IMG/VR virus record: IMGVR_UViG_3300008116_000011
Location: 64,001 to 128,000 of that record
Reading direction: 5' to 3' (one strand)
From: a virus
Length of the DNA stretch: 64,000 nucleotides
The position numbers were made by a program, and so were the translations under genes. Within the stretch, counting starts at the first letter, position 1, and every line of letters starts with the position of its first letter. Shown piece after piece: positions 1-9,467 of the stretch. A model generated the notes under the pieces. That model made no database searches. It was not told the origin of the DNA and saw only the letters and a list, made by a program, of their open reading frames with translations.

Positions 1-377
1 ACATTTGGTTGTATTCTCCAAGATGATACAACATATTTTCCATTATGTTTTCTTATTTCATTTAATAAATCTAAATCAAAGTCTTCAGCAACGTAGAAAT
101 CAGACTGCAGGAATATAATGTATTCTGTTTTTACTTTACTAGCACAGAAGTTCATTCCACCACCTATTCCTCTAGCTGGTTCAAAGTATGGTTCGATATA
201 GATTTCTAAATTATATTTATCTTTAACTTCTTCAAGCCATTCATTAGTACCATCCGTACAATTTTCGGCATGTACTATAAATGGAGCATCTTTAAAGTAA
301 GCATTTTGTCTTACAGATTTAATACACCATTTAAGATATTCTAAATTATTATATGTCGAAACTGTAAATGTTATCAT
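1..377 (-). CDS. GT2-family glycosyltransferase (partial, runs off the window)
   Basis: Not in the ORF track. ATG at 377 overlaps the TGA of the upstream ORF; translates MITFTVSTYNNLEYLKWCIKSV...HAENCTDGT, a GT2-type N-terminus. Confidence 0.75.
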   Translation of the reverse strand, partial: MITFTVSTYNNLEYLKWCIKSVRQNAYFKDAPFIVHAENCTDGTNEWLEEVKDKYNLEIYIEPYFEPARGIGGGMNFCASKVKTEYIIFLQSDFYVAEDFDLDLLNEIRKHNGKYVVSSWRIQPN

Positions 378-1108
378 GGCTTATAATTTTGAGCTAAACT
401 CATCATTTTATATTTTTCACTGTCCAACCCATTAATTGAGAAGAAATGATCCATTCCACCTTGAGCCAGCTGGCAGTATTGTTCCAAGGTAATATCAGAT
501 TTTCCTTCTTTTGTTGTTTTAGCTACTAAATGTACGGCTGTAAGGTAATCAACTATTCCTATTTTCCAACCTTTTCTTTCACATACTATTCCTGAGTAGA
601 TGTCTAGTCCCCATCCATAGATCATGCTCATATCAAATTGTTTAATTTCTTCAATTAAACGTCTATGAATTAGAGGAGACATAAAATCAACCCATGGTAC
701 TTGTCTTACATTTTGAGTACCATAGTTAAACATTTGTCGCCACATATCTGATTCTAATCTAACTTGAATAACGGAAGGAGATAATATAGTATAATTTTGT
801 TCAAACATTTCTTTACGTAGTGTTTCTACAAAATTATGTCCGTGTAATAAAACGTCATTACTTAAAAATAATAATGAATCATATTCTTTATTTTCAAGAA
901 TATACTCAAACATTAAATTCATTGCCCCTCCGAAATAACAGTTTTTCTCTGTTTCAAAATGTACTATACTAGGCTTACCTTCAGGACTACTTGCATTATC
1001 TAATACAACCACATCATATAAATTATTTTCATATGGTTTTAATGAATTGTATAAGAAATTAGTATACTCTGGTAGGTTATGGTTGAGTATTGTTACTAGA
1101 GTTTTCAT
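374..1108 (-). CDS. GT2-like glycosyltransferase
   Basis: VVLDNAS, LFLSND, GWGLD motifs typical of GT-A/GT2. Confidence 0.7.
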   Translation of the reverse strand: MKTLVTILNHNLPEYTNFLYNSLKPYENNLYDVVVLDNASSPEGKPSIVHFETEKNCYFGGAMNLMFEYILENKEYDSLLFLSNDVLLHGHNFVETLRKEMFEQNYTILSPSVIQVRLESDMWRQMFNYGTQNVRQVPWVDFMSPLIHRRLIEEIKQFDMSMIYGWGLDIYSGIVCERKGWKIGIVDYLTAVHLVAKTTKEGKSDITLEQYCQLAQGGMDHFFSINGLDSEKYKMMSLAQNYKP

Positions 1109-1131
1109 ATATAACCTTTTTAATTGTCATT

Positions 1132-2124
1132 TTAATTAGTCCAATCCGGGTATAACCCGTTCATTGTTTCATAAGGGGGATGAGAAGATAAAGATCGAGT
1201 TGGTTGTTGTTGTACCCAATTCCACATTTGAGTTAATCCAACATTCAAAGACGTTTCATTAGTTGCCCCAAATAATTGTATTGATTTTGCTATATCAGGA
1301 TATGAATCTTCTATTTCATACCTTGGAGCATCATATACCTTTTGGCTAGTACCTACAACTTGATCAAATATATCACTAGCTTCATTAATAGTAGTAGGTA
1401 CAGATCCTCCTAAATTAATTATTTGTTTTGAACAATTAGATTGAACAGCACTTTTCCAAATATTTTCTAAATAATCATCTATAAAGCTAAAACGCCTTAT
1501 TTGGTTTCCATCTCCAAATATTGTTCTAGGTTGATTATTCAAATATTGGTACATCCAAATTCCAAATATATTTCTATATCTATCCCAAATATTTTGTTTA
1601 GTTCCATATAAGTTATATAAACGCAAAATACACCAGTCTAATCCTTGTTGTTCTCCTGCTATTTGAATATCTTCTTCACTAGTGTATTTTGCCACTCCAT
1701 AAGGATCAATAGGGTTACATGATTGTAATTCATCATAAGGATGTCCATATCCACGACCATAGACAGCAGTCGCAGATGAAAATATTAATTTTCCAACATT
1801 ATAGTTAAGACAATTATTTACTATTTTAGATGTAGCTAGTAGATTATTTTTATAGTTATATACTCTAACAAAAGGAGATAATGTTTCAGGAGCATATGCT
1901 GCAAAATGAAATACATAATCAAATTGATTAGAGGAAAAGCAATTTTCTATAGGGTCATCTACTATATTCATTTGAAATAATGTAACATTAGAATTTACAT
2001 TTTCAATGTATCCCCCACTTAAATCATCTATGCCCACAATTTCTGTAGTTGGGTAATTAGCTACTACCCAATCAGCAAATTTACTGCCTAAAAATCCTGC
2101 TACGCCAGTAATTAGTATTTTCAT
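1132..2124 (-). CDS. NAD-dependent epimerase/dehydratase (extended SDR)
   Basis: GVAGFLG Rossmann motif, YGVAK (YxxxK), IFGDG. Confidence 0.9.
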   Translation of the reverse strand: MKILITGVAGFLGSKFADWVVANYPTTEIVGIDDLSGGYIENVNSNVTLFQMNIVDDPIENCFSSNQFDYVFHFAAYAPETLSPFVRVYNYKNNLLATSKIVNNCLNYNVGKLIFSSATAVYGRGYGHPYDELQSCNPIDPYGVAKYTSEEDIQIAGEQQGLDWCILRLYNLYGTKQNIWDRYRNIFGIWMYQYLNNQPRTIFGDGNQIRRFSFIDDYLENIWKSAVQSNCSKQIINLGGSVPTTINEASDIFDQVVGTSQKVYDAPRYEIEDSYPDIAKSIQLFGATNETSLNVGLTQMWNWVQQQPTRSLSSHPPYETMNGLYPDWTN

Positions 2125-2831
2125 TTTAATATTGTTTTTAATTTATCTAAATTCATTGATATGTTGCCAGGAACATGTTCTGGTTTTTGTGCTGGTTGTG
2201 TTTCTGGTTTTGTTTGTTTTGCTAGGTCAAGCATTGTTTTTAATTCAGTACCTACATTATAAATACCAGTTGCTTTTTTATTTATTAGTTTAATAATTAA
2301 ATCCGCAATTGTATCTATGTAGTCAAAATTGCCTATTTGGTTATACCATGCATATTTAAATTCAAAAGGTCTTGCTTTAAATGAACATCTACAAATTAAA
2401 TGATTATTATTAGTTAATGAAACATATTCATCAGCTAATAATTTATAGTACGTGTACCAATTATTTGAAGGAATAGGCATATCTTCTTCTGTAGCATTGT
2501 TTGTTGATCCGGCATAAATATAGTCTGTTGAAATATGAATTAATTTTATACTATAGGCATTGCAGATATCCGATAAAATAGAAACAGCTTCATAATTTAC
2601 TTTATACATTGCTTCTTTATCTGTTGAATATGTGTCTGTATTTGCAATGCAATTTACTACTGCATCGTACTTTGTTGTAGCTCTATTTCCTGACACATTG
2701 AGTACATAATTAGCTATTTTATTAGAGTCTGTTATTTCAAATCCATCTTTTTTTCTTGAAACATAATCCCAGCCTGTTTGTTTTACAATTTCAGACCCTA
2801 GCATTCCATCTCCTAATACTAATACTTTCAT
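2121..2831 (-). CDS. rmlD: dTDP-4-dehydrorhamnose reductase-like SDR
   Basis: GDGMLG, HISTDY, YTYYK (YxxxK). Confidence 0.8.
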   Translation of the reverse strand: MKVLVLGDGMLGSEIVKQTGWDYVSRKKDGFEITDSNKIANYVLNVSGNRATTKYDAVVNCIANTDTYSTDKEAMYKVNYEAVSILSDICNAYSIKLIHISTDYIYAGSTNNATEEDMPIPSNNWYTYYKLLADEYVSLTNNNHLICRCSFKARPFEFKYAWYNQIGNFDYIDTIADLIIKLINKKATGIYNVGTELKTMLDLAKQTKPETQPAQKPEHVPGNISMNLDKLKTILK

Positions 2832-4111
2832 TTAAATTTTGTTAAAACATCATTAATGTAATCGAATACTGGTTCACGATAATGAGGAGCAGCTCCTATA
2901 AAGAATACTTTATCTAATACTTTATTTGCTTCAGGATAATCTTTATAGTCATCTAAGTGACTAAATCCAGGATGTAATAATATGTTTCCTGCAAAGTAAT
3001 TTCGAGTTTGTATTTTATTATCTTCTAGATATTGAACTAATCTATGCTTTAGTCCAGGTTCGTCACATATAAATGGCGTTCCAAACCAACATGGTTCTGC
3101 TTTACTTAATCTAGACGGTGCTCTTAATCCAGGGATGTTATCAACAAATATTTGTGTAATTGTTTCTTTACTTCTTTTTCTATTTTTTTCTATTTCTTCA
3201 AATTTATCTAATTGAGCTAATCCAATTGCTCCTTGTAAATCTAACGGTTTTAAGTTATACCCCATCTCAGCAAACACATATTTGTGATCGATTATACCAT
3301 CATAATTTTCAAGCCATTTGTCAAATCTATTTCCACAAGTACCACAAGATAATAAATTAGCTGAGCCTACACAGTAACAATCTCTGCCCCACCAACTTAG
3401 ACTAGTAAATAGTTTTTTAAGTGCTTCATCATTAGTACAAATCATTCCCCCTTCACCTGTTGAAATATGGTGTGCTGGGTAAAATGAATTTGAGTGAGCT
3501 ACATAATAATCAGTAAGTAGTTTTCCATTCCATTTACTTCCTAAGCTATCACAGTTATCACCTATCAATTTAAGATTATACTTATTTGCTAATTCTACCA
3601 ATTTATCGAAATCAGGAGGATTACCTAATACAGGTGAAACAAATATACCTTTAGTTTTTGGTGTAATTTTTTCTTCTATTTTAGCTATATCAAAATTTAA
3701 AGTATCCCATTCAATATCTACAAACACTGGTTTTAGTCTGTTTTGATAAATTACAGATACTGTTGTTGCAAATCCAACAGGTGATACAATTATTTCATCT
3801 TCATCTTGCCAATTAAATCGTTTTTTAAGAGCAGTAATCAATACTAAGTTTGCGGATGAGCCTGAGTTCACCATGTGGGCGTACTTTTGATTAAATTTCT
3901 TTGCAAACCTACTTTCAAATTTATGTACTTTTTCTCCTGCTACAATCCATTTCCCATTTAGGAAAGCATCCATAGCAGCTACTATTTCATTACTATCCCA
4001 GTATGGACCTGAATAATATACTGGAGTTATCCCGGGTTCAAAATGATCATTGTAGATATATTTTGGAACGTGATTTCCAGCTAGTGCTTGTATGTTGGAT
4101 AGTTCTATCAT
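2828..4111 (-). CDS. rfbH: NDP-4-keto-6-deoxyglucose 3-dehydrase (RfbH/DdhC)
   Basis: NSGSSAN, DNCDSLGS, SFYPAHHISTGEGG (His in place of the catalytic Lys), RDCYC..CGTCG Fe-S motif, DHKY, GYNLK. Confidence 0.9.
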   Translation of the reverse strand: MIELSNIQALAGNHVPKYIYNDHFEPGITPVYYSGPYWDSNEIVAAMDAFLNGKWIVAGEKVHKFESRFAKKFNQKYAHMVNSGSSANLVLITALKKRFNWQDEDEIIVSPVGFATTVSVIYQNRLKPVFVDIEWDTLNFDIAKIEEKITPKTKGIFVSPVLGNPPDFDKLVELANKYNLKLIGDNCDSLGSKWNGKLLTDYYVAHSNSFYPAHHISTGEGGMICTNDEALKKLFTSLSWWGRDCYCVGSANLLSCGTCGNRFDKWLENYDGIIDHKYVFAEMGYNLKPLDLQGAIGLAQLDKFEEIEKNRKRSKETITQIFVDNIPGLRAPSRLSKAEPCWFGTPFICDEPGLKHRLVQYLEDNKIQTRNYFAGNILLHPGFSHLDDYKDYPEANKVLDKVFFIGAAPHYREPVFDYINDVLTKFK

Positions 4112-4788
4112 GTTGTATAATTTATAATTTGTTCCCAGTTAATTATTGGAGCTAACCATTCTACTTCACAATGCGTTGCTAAGCTAGGAATAGGAGATAA
4201 AATGGTTCTATTTCTATTTTCTCTTAAAAATTCATATCTATTAAAATCACTACAGTTTGTTGAGTGAGTATCAAAATCTTCTTCTAATATTCTTTTTCCA
4301 AATATTACACTTCCTGTTGTATTAGGAACCCATCTCCAATGATGTGTTTTAGTTAAAAACATATATGTAACTAAATCAGGATACATTGTTGAGTTATATT
4401 TGTCATTATGATCATATAAACTAACATAATCTAAACCATTATATGATTCAAATAACTCTAATACTTTATAAGCCCATCCAGGAACATGAACATAGTCATT
4501 TTCTGCTATATATATTAAGTCTTTATCCCCAATATTTAATTTTTTAGCATAATTCCAAGCATAAAAGTATGAGTTACAATCAGAACCAGCAGTGAATATT
4601 TGAGTATGATGGATTCTTGGATCTACAGGAGCATAATCTCCATCAAGTAAAAGATGAAATTTTACAAAATCTAATCCTTCTATTGTAGTAAGAATATTAT
4701 TTAAACTTTTATCATAAGAAAACCAATAAGGTCTATTTTTACCTAATCCACTAGCATTACTTGTATGTCTATAAAGTATATGTATCAT
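4108..4788 (-). CDS. putative GT-A glycosyltransferase
   Basis: YIAENDYVH (DxD-like), YVSLYDH, PSLATH; cluster context. Confidence 0.55.
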   Translation of the reverse strand: MIHILYRHTSNASGLGKNRPYWFSYDKSLNNILTTIEGLDFVKFHLLLDGDYAPVDPRIHHTQIFTAGSDCNSYFYAWNYAKKLNIGDKDLIYIAENDYVHVPGWAYKVLELFESYNGLDYVSLYDHNDKYNSTMYPDLVTYMFLTKTHHWRWVPNTTGSVIFGKRILEEDFDTHSTNCSDFNRYEFLRENRNRTILSPIPSLATHCEVEWLAPIINWEQIINYTT

Positions 4789-5381
4789 TTTATTTTTTTA
4801 GCAGGTGTCCCAATATATACTCCCGGTTCAATAATATCAGTTAGTACTCCTGAATTTAATCCAATTGTTACATCATTGCATATTTTGGTTTTTTGTTTGT
4901 TACATGATCTAGTTCCAAAATATACTCTATCTCCTATAGTACACGTTCCTGAAATTTGAACTCCAGGAGCGGTTGTAAAATAATTTCCAATTATATTATC
5001 ATGTCCTATAGTTGTTATTAAATTCAAATGAGCATGTTTACCTATTTTACAGTTTGTTGTAATAATAGTACCAGCACATATTATACTTCCTTCACCAATT
5101 TCAACATCAGGTCCGTGTATTTGAGCGGACGGGTGAATATACGTAAAAAATTTAGTGTTTCCAGGTAAAGAATTTACTATTCTTTCTCTTACAACAGGAT
5201 CAGCAATAGCTACTATTACCTGATATTCTGTAGGGTCAAATTTAGATAGGGGTAAAGTTTTGTCTTTTCCTTGGTAGTAATTATCATCTATAAAAAATAC
5301 ACATTCATCTTGTTCTTTAAGGGATAAAGTCCAAAATATTTCTGTTCCAAAACCACCAGCACCTATAATTGCTTTTTTCAT
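4785..5381 (-). CDS. sugar acetyltransferase (PglD/NeuD-like, hexapeptide repeat)
   Basis: IIGAGG, IHPSA, IGEGS repeats, GHD, GTPAK. Confidence 0.9.
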   Translation of the reverse strand: MKKAIIGAGGFGTEIFWTLSLKEQDECVFFIDDNYYQGKDKTLPLSKFDPTEYQVIVAIADPVVRERIVNSLPGNTKFFTYIHPSAQIHGPDVEIGEGSIICAGTIITTNCKIGKHAHLNLITTIGHDNIIGNYFTTAPGVQISGTCTIGDRVYFGTRSCNKQKTKICNDVTIGLNSGVLTDIIEPGVYIGTPAKKIK

Positions 5382-5382
5382 A

Positions 5383-6003
5383 TTATTTATTTTTATAATA
5401 CCAACAATTACCTACTATAATTACTTCTAAATTGTTTTCATTAGCAAATTCATGAGCAGCTTGTCTTACTCCAGGCCATGTGTAATCATCTCCTACTATA
5501 GTAGCATTAGGCCAAAATTTATAAGAAACAGTAATATCATGTAATACACTTTCATAATCATGATGTGCATCAATATAAATTACATCAAAAGGTATATTTA
5601 GTTTTCCTAATATTTGTAAACCATCTACTGTTTTAGCTTTAAGAGGTGTCAAACGATCTTTATATTCCCAAGTATTTACTAAAAATGTTTCAAATAATGA
5701 TTTAATATGATGCCATATTTTTCTTACTTCATAGATATTAAACTCCTTTTGAACATAATCATTTTCATCATTACTCCAATGATCAACACATACAATATAA
5801 GCTTCAGGAGCCGCCCTTAATATAAACTTTGTTGAACCAGATCCATTCCAACTTCCCATTTCTAAAATGTATTTTGGCTGTCTTTCCTTTATTACTTGAC
5901 CTAACACAGATGCATTATCTCCACCAAACCAATTATATCCATTTTCTGAGATATTTGGTTTTTCAGTAGGCCATTGGAATAATGTTTCTAATTTTTCTTT
6001 CAT
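5383..6003 (-). CDS. class I SAM-dependent methyltransferase
   Basis: LEMGSWNG, VDHW, IYIDAHHDY, GDDY. Confidence 0.85.
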   Translation of the reverse strand: MKEKLETLFQWPTEKPNISENGYNWFGGDNASVLGQVIKERQPKYILEMGSWNGSGSTKFILRAAPEAYIVCVDHWSNDENDYVQKEFNIYEVRKIWHHIKSLFETFLVNTWEYKDRLTPLKAKTVDGLQILGKLNIPFDVIYIDAHHDYESVLHDITVSYKFWPNATIVGDDYTWPGVRQAAHEFANENNLEVIIVGNCWYYKNK

Positions 6004-6629
6004 TGTTTATATATTTCAAATTTTGATAGATCTGGGTATGGTAATTCCAAGTCAGCATTGTGTTTTTTGGTTCCATCTAGGTTGTAAAATTGGTTCATTA
6101 ATAGTAATCCTCTAGCTGCTAGTTCAGGCATCATATAGAAATTCCATCCTAGCATATCAAAGTTATCATCATGATATGAGCATTCTCTTCTTCCACTATA
6201 TCTTGCTCTTTTAAACCAATGATATGCTTCTAAACTATCTGTTAATATAGCTCCACCTTTACTTAATTTAAAATGCTTATAAGGACCTGTAAATGAAAGA
6301 CACATATGAGTTCCTGGTTTGTACATATCTGCTGTGAAGCATAAAGCACTATCCCAAACATTAGTAGGTGCTAATTGATAAGCTCCTTTTAATGTTTTAC
6401 CTTTTACAGATTTAAACTTTACTTTAGCCCCAGCATGAATAATTTCACAAGGTACAGAAGGATAAGTACGAGCAGGAATTGTTACCTCTTTTCCTTTAAC
6501 ATTTTCAAACATTAAAGCTAAGAACAAAGCATTACTTTGATTATCTACAGTTACTGCATAAGGAGCACCTGTATAATCAGCTAATTTTTGTTCAAACTCT
6601 TCTGTTATTTTGTAAATACCATTTGCCAT
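6000..6629 (-). CDS. compact DegT/DnrJ/EryC1/StrS PLP aminotransferase
   Basis: FEQKLADY, WDSA, SFTGPYKH (catalytic Lys), GGAILT, GWNFYM; only 209 aa. Confidence 0.75.
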   Translation of the reverse strand: MANGIYKITEEFEQKLADYTGAPYAVTVDNQSNALFLALMFENVKGKEVTIPARTYPSVPCEIIHAGAKVKFKSVKGKTLKGAYQLAPTNVWDSALCFTADMYKPGTHMCLSFTGPYKHFKLSKGGAILTDSLEAYHWFKRARYSGRRECSYHDDNFDMLGWNFYMMPELAARGLLLMNQFYNLDGTKKHNADLELPYPDLSKFEIYKQ

Positions 6630-6632
6630 AAC

Positions 6633-7232
6633 TTATAATTTAGAATAAAATTCGTTTTGTCGCTCTTGCCTCTTAATATCTTTAGGATGAAATAAACAAT
6701 ATTCTTCTATTTGTGGTAGTACTGAGTAGGTTTCAAATCCATCTAGGCGTTCATGTACTTTATTTATCCATTTAATTTTCTTATTATTTTTCCAAACACG
6801 CCATTGGTAATCAGGAAAATTAACCCATCCTTTTTCATTTACATTCCATCCCCACTTTCCAATGTGTTGTACAGTTAGTCCTTCAACAGTATTAATTCTA
6901 GGAACTAAAATTACATCTATTGGGTTGTATTCTAATATCTGGGGAAGTGATTGAATTAGAAATGGATGGGGGTATTCATCCGCATCTATCTGGAAGATAT
7001 AATCTTTAGTACAGAATTTAGTTAGGTGATTTTTGAATGTTGCAAAGTCTCCATTTAATGGATGAGCAGTATATTTGTTTGCTACTTCTCTTACTTCTTT
7101 AGTTGCATTGTCTATATCTAGTTGAATTACTATTTCATCCTCGGGACGTATATGCTTACTTAGTAAATCTAAAAGGAACGATAGTTCTTTATGCTCATTA
7201 CAAGCAGTGATAGCATAACTAATTGAAGGCAT
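6633..7232 (-). CDS. GT2 glycosyltransferase
   Basis: YAITACNE, FQIDADE, VHE motifs. Confidence 0.8.
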   Translation of the reverse strand: MPSISYAITACNEHKELSFLLDLLSKHIRPEDEIVIQLDIDNATKEVREVANKYTAHPLNGDFATFKNHLTKFCTKDYIFQIDADEYPHPFLIQSLPQILEYNPIDVILVPRINTVEGLTVQHIGKWGWNVNEKGWVNFPDYQWRVWKNNKKIKWINKVHERLDGFETYSVLPQIEEYCLFHPKDIKRQERQNEFYSKL

Positions 7233-7235
7233 AAC

Positions 7236-7484
7236 TTAATCGTTAAGTTGTTGTTTAGAGGTTGTATATGTTATATCTGTTCCAGAAGGCAAATTAGTTA
7301 AATTATGTCTAGTAGTACCTGTATTTATAAATCCGGTTCCACCTATTCCTATAGACACACCCTTATTATCAGATACCTTCCCCAATTCTTCTTTAATACT
7401 ATCCCATTGTTTAGGTGTAGGAGCAAATTCATTACAAGCTTCTACAAATCCTTTTAACCATATTACAAATTCGCTTGATGTCAT
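7236..7484 (-). CDS. hypothetical phage protein
   Basis: ORF packed into the operon with a 4-nt start/stop overlap. Confidence 0.6.
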   Translation of the reverse strand: MTSSEFVIWLKGFVEACNEFAPTPKQWDSIKEELGKVSDNKGVSIGIGGTGFINTGTTRHNLTNLPSGTDITYTTSKQQLND

Positions 7485-7912
7485 AGTGAATTTAATTTTA
7501 TAACTGCAGATGCAAATGTTTCTTTAGGAAAATGTTCCATTTGATTCATATCAATTTTATGAGTTTGATTCTTTGGGAAGCGTGCTTTTTCTTCTTCCTT
7601 AATTGGTACTAAAGGAGCTACTGTCCATCCCCAAGAGTCTTTACCTCCACCATTTGGAAATAATATACCCTTTTCAGGGATGTTGATAGTACTTGGGTAC
7701 CATACGAATCCATCTTCATCTATGATCTCTAAATCCTTAATTAATTCAGGAAGTGATTCCTTAGCATTTTTTACAAAGTCACTATCTTGAACCATATGTG
7801 AAGTACTACCATAACCACAATTAAAACACATCCATTGTATAAATTGTGAATGATGATATTCGTAGCACATTTCCGCACCACAACAGTGGCATGTAACTAA
7901 ATTGTCAGTCAT
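7481..7912 (-). CDS. zinc-ribbon hypothetical protein
   Basis: CHCC...CFNC; promoter directly upstream. Confidence 0.6.
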   Translation of the reverse strand: MTDNLVTCHCCGAEMCYEYHHSQFIQWMCFNCGYGSTSHMVQDSDFVKNAKESLPELIKDLEIIDEDGFVWYPSTINIPEKGILFPNGGGKDSWGWTVAPLVPIKEEEKARFPKNQTHKIDMNQMEHFPKETFASAVIKLNSL

Positions 7913-7916
7913 ATTA

Positions 7917-7948
7917 TAAATTTACGAACAGTAAATTAGAGTCCCAAA
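7917..7948 (-). promoter_or_regulatory. Bacteroidota-type promoter
   Basis: Minus strand TTTG-N20-TAAATTTA. Confidence 0.65.
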
Positions 7949-8139
7949 AACTTCTTAACTTTATCTAAAAACGATACTTTTGATTCTGATTTGTTATCAT
8001 CGTGGTAAGCTACATATGGTGTTGCTTCCGGAGCGAGGATCGGAGCTTCTTCTAATTTTACTTTTTTAACAATTTTTTTCTTTGGAGCAGCTGTTTTTTT
8101 CTTTGAAGCTGGAGCTTTTTTTAGTTGTTTCTTTTCCAT
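7936..8139 (-). CDS. small Lys-rich protein (histone H1-like N-terminus)
   Basis: KKAPASKKKTAAPKKK; preceded by TATTTATA at 8157-8164. Confidence 0.55.
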   Translation of the reverse strand: MEKKQLKKAPASKKKTAAPKKKIVKKVKLEEAPILAPEATPYVAYHDDNKSESKVSFLDKVKKFLGL

Positions 8140-8168
8140 TTGGTTTATGTTTTGTATATAAATATATG

Positions 8169-9467
8169 TTACTCTATTTTTTTAAGTTTAGGTAATTTTA
8201 ATTCAACATGTTTAGGAAATTCAGGAACATATTGCTTAAGTAATTCATCTAGTTTTTCAGTCATTTTATCTAATGAAAAATTCTGTTTGTTTTTATAAGC
8301 AAGGCGTTTTGCTTTTTCTTGATATTCCTTGTAACGATTAAATACATCCATAAATGCATGTCCTGTTTGATTATCATCTGGTTTAAACCACATTGATTCT
8401 GGGATGATAGTATTTGCTACTACAGCACTAGGGTGTATTTTAGATAATGTTCCTCCAACTATACCACAAAATTCGGGTGTTAAAAAATCCATATGCCCAC
8501 TCCATCCACTAGCAATGATTGGTTTTCCAACTACACTAAATTCAAGTAATGGACGCCCAAATCCTTCACCTTTTGTAAGTGAAATCATTGCTTTTACTTT
8601 TGGATGATTATAGATACAGTTTATTTCTTCATCATTTAAATCACCATGAATTAAATATATGTTAGGTAAATCTTTTGAAGATACTGTTTTTCTAACATTT
8701 TCTATTCTTTTTAATATATCATCTCTATCCATGATAGATGGAGCACCTTGTGATGTTTTTAATATTAATGCAGGTTTATTCTTTTTATCTTTAAACACTT
8801 CTAAAAATGCTTTAACTAAATATCCAACATTTTTTCTATCTTCTCCAAAATCACCTTGTAACCAGTGGCCTACAAATAAATAACAGAATGATTCTTTAAT
8901 TGTATTCAAATCATTATAAACATCAAAACCAGTAAGAACATCAGATTTAAAATATTTAGTTAAATCTGCTCCTTCAAACAATATTTCAATTGGTTTTTTT
9001 AATTCAATTGATCCAACAGTTTGACCCATTTGGTTTCTTTGTTCAAATTTACTACTTTGAAATACTTTTTGAGAGTGTTCTGAAGAGATTAATGTGAGGT
9101 CAATTCTGTTACATCCTTCAATCCAACTAGCATCACATATTGTAGTTTCAATACCTGCTGTAACTCCAATGTTATATTTTCCTAGAGGTTGAAATTCATT
9201 TGGTACTGTAATTTGTATCCAAATATCTGGTTTAAAGGAAAGATTCATTGTTAATGAGCCAATTATTCTATTTTTTAAATCAGCTTCTTCTTTAATATTT
9301 TCATCTAATGCTCCAAAAGGTGTTTGACCCCATCTTTGGGATAATATTTTAATATCCCATTCTTCTCCTTTTGCTTTAATAAGAGACTTTACAAAATCAC
9401 GAGATCTAGCTCCATACCCACTAGAAGTATCAATAGGGCAACTTACTATACAGATTGGTTTATTCAT
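8169..9467 (-). CDS. GT4 (GT-B) glycosyltransferase
   Basis: SGYG, RKN, GEGFGRPLLE, SGHMDF. Confidence 0.85.
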   Translation of the reverse strand: MNKPICIVSCPIDTSSGYGARSRDFVKSLIKAKGEEWDIKILSQRWGQTPFGALDENIKEEADLKNRIIGSLTMNLSFKPDIWIQITVPNEFQPLGKYNIGVTAGIETTICDASWIEGCNRIDLTLISSEHSQKVFQSSKFEQRNQMGQTVGSIELKKPIEILFEGADLTKYFKSDVLTGFDVYNDLNTIKESFCYLFVGHWLQGDFGEDRKNVGYLVKAFLEVFKDKKNKPALILKTSQGAPSIMDRDDILKRIENVRKTVSSKDLPNIYLIHGDLNDEEINCIYNHPKVKAMISLTKGEGFGRPLLEFSVVGKPIIASGWSGHMDFLTPEFCGIVGGTLSKIHPSAVVANTIIPESMWFKPDDNQTGHAFMDVFNRYKEYQEKAKRLAYKNKQNFSLDKMTEKLDELLKQYVPEFPKHVELKLPKLKKIE

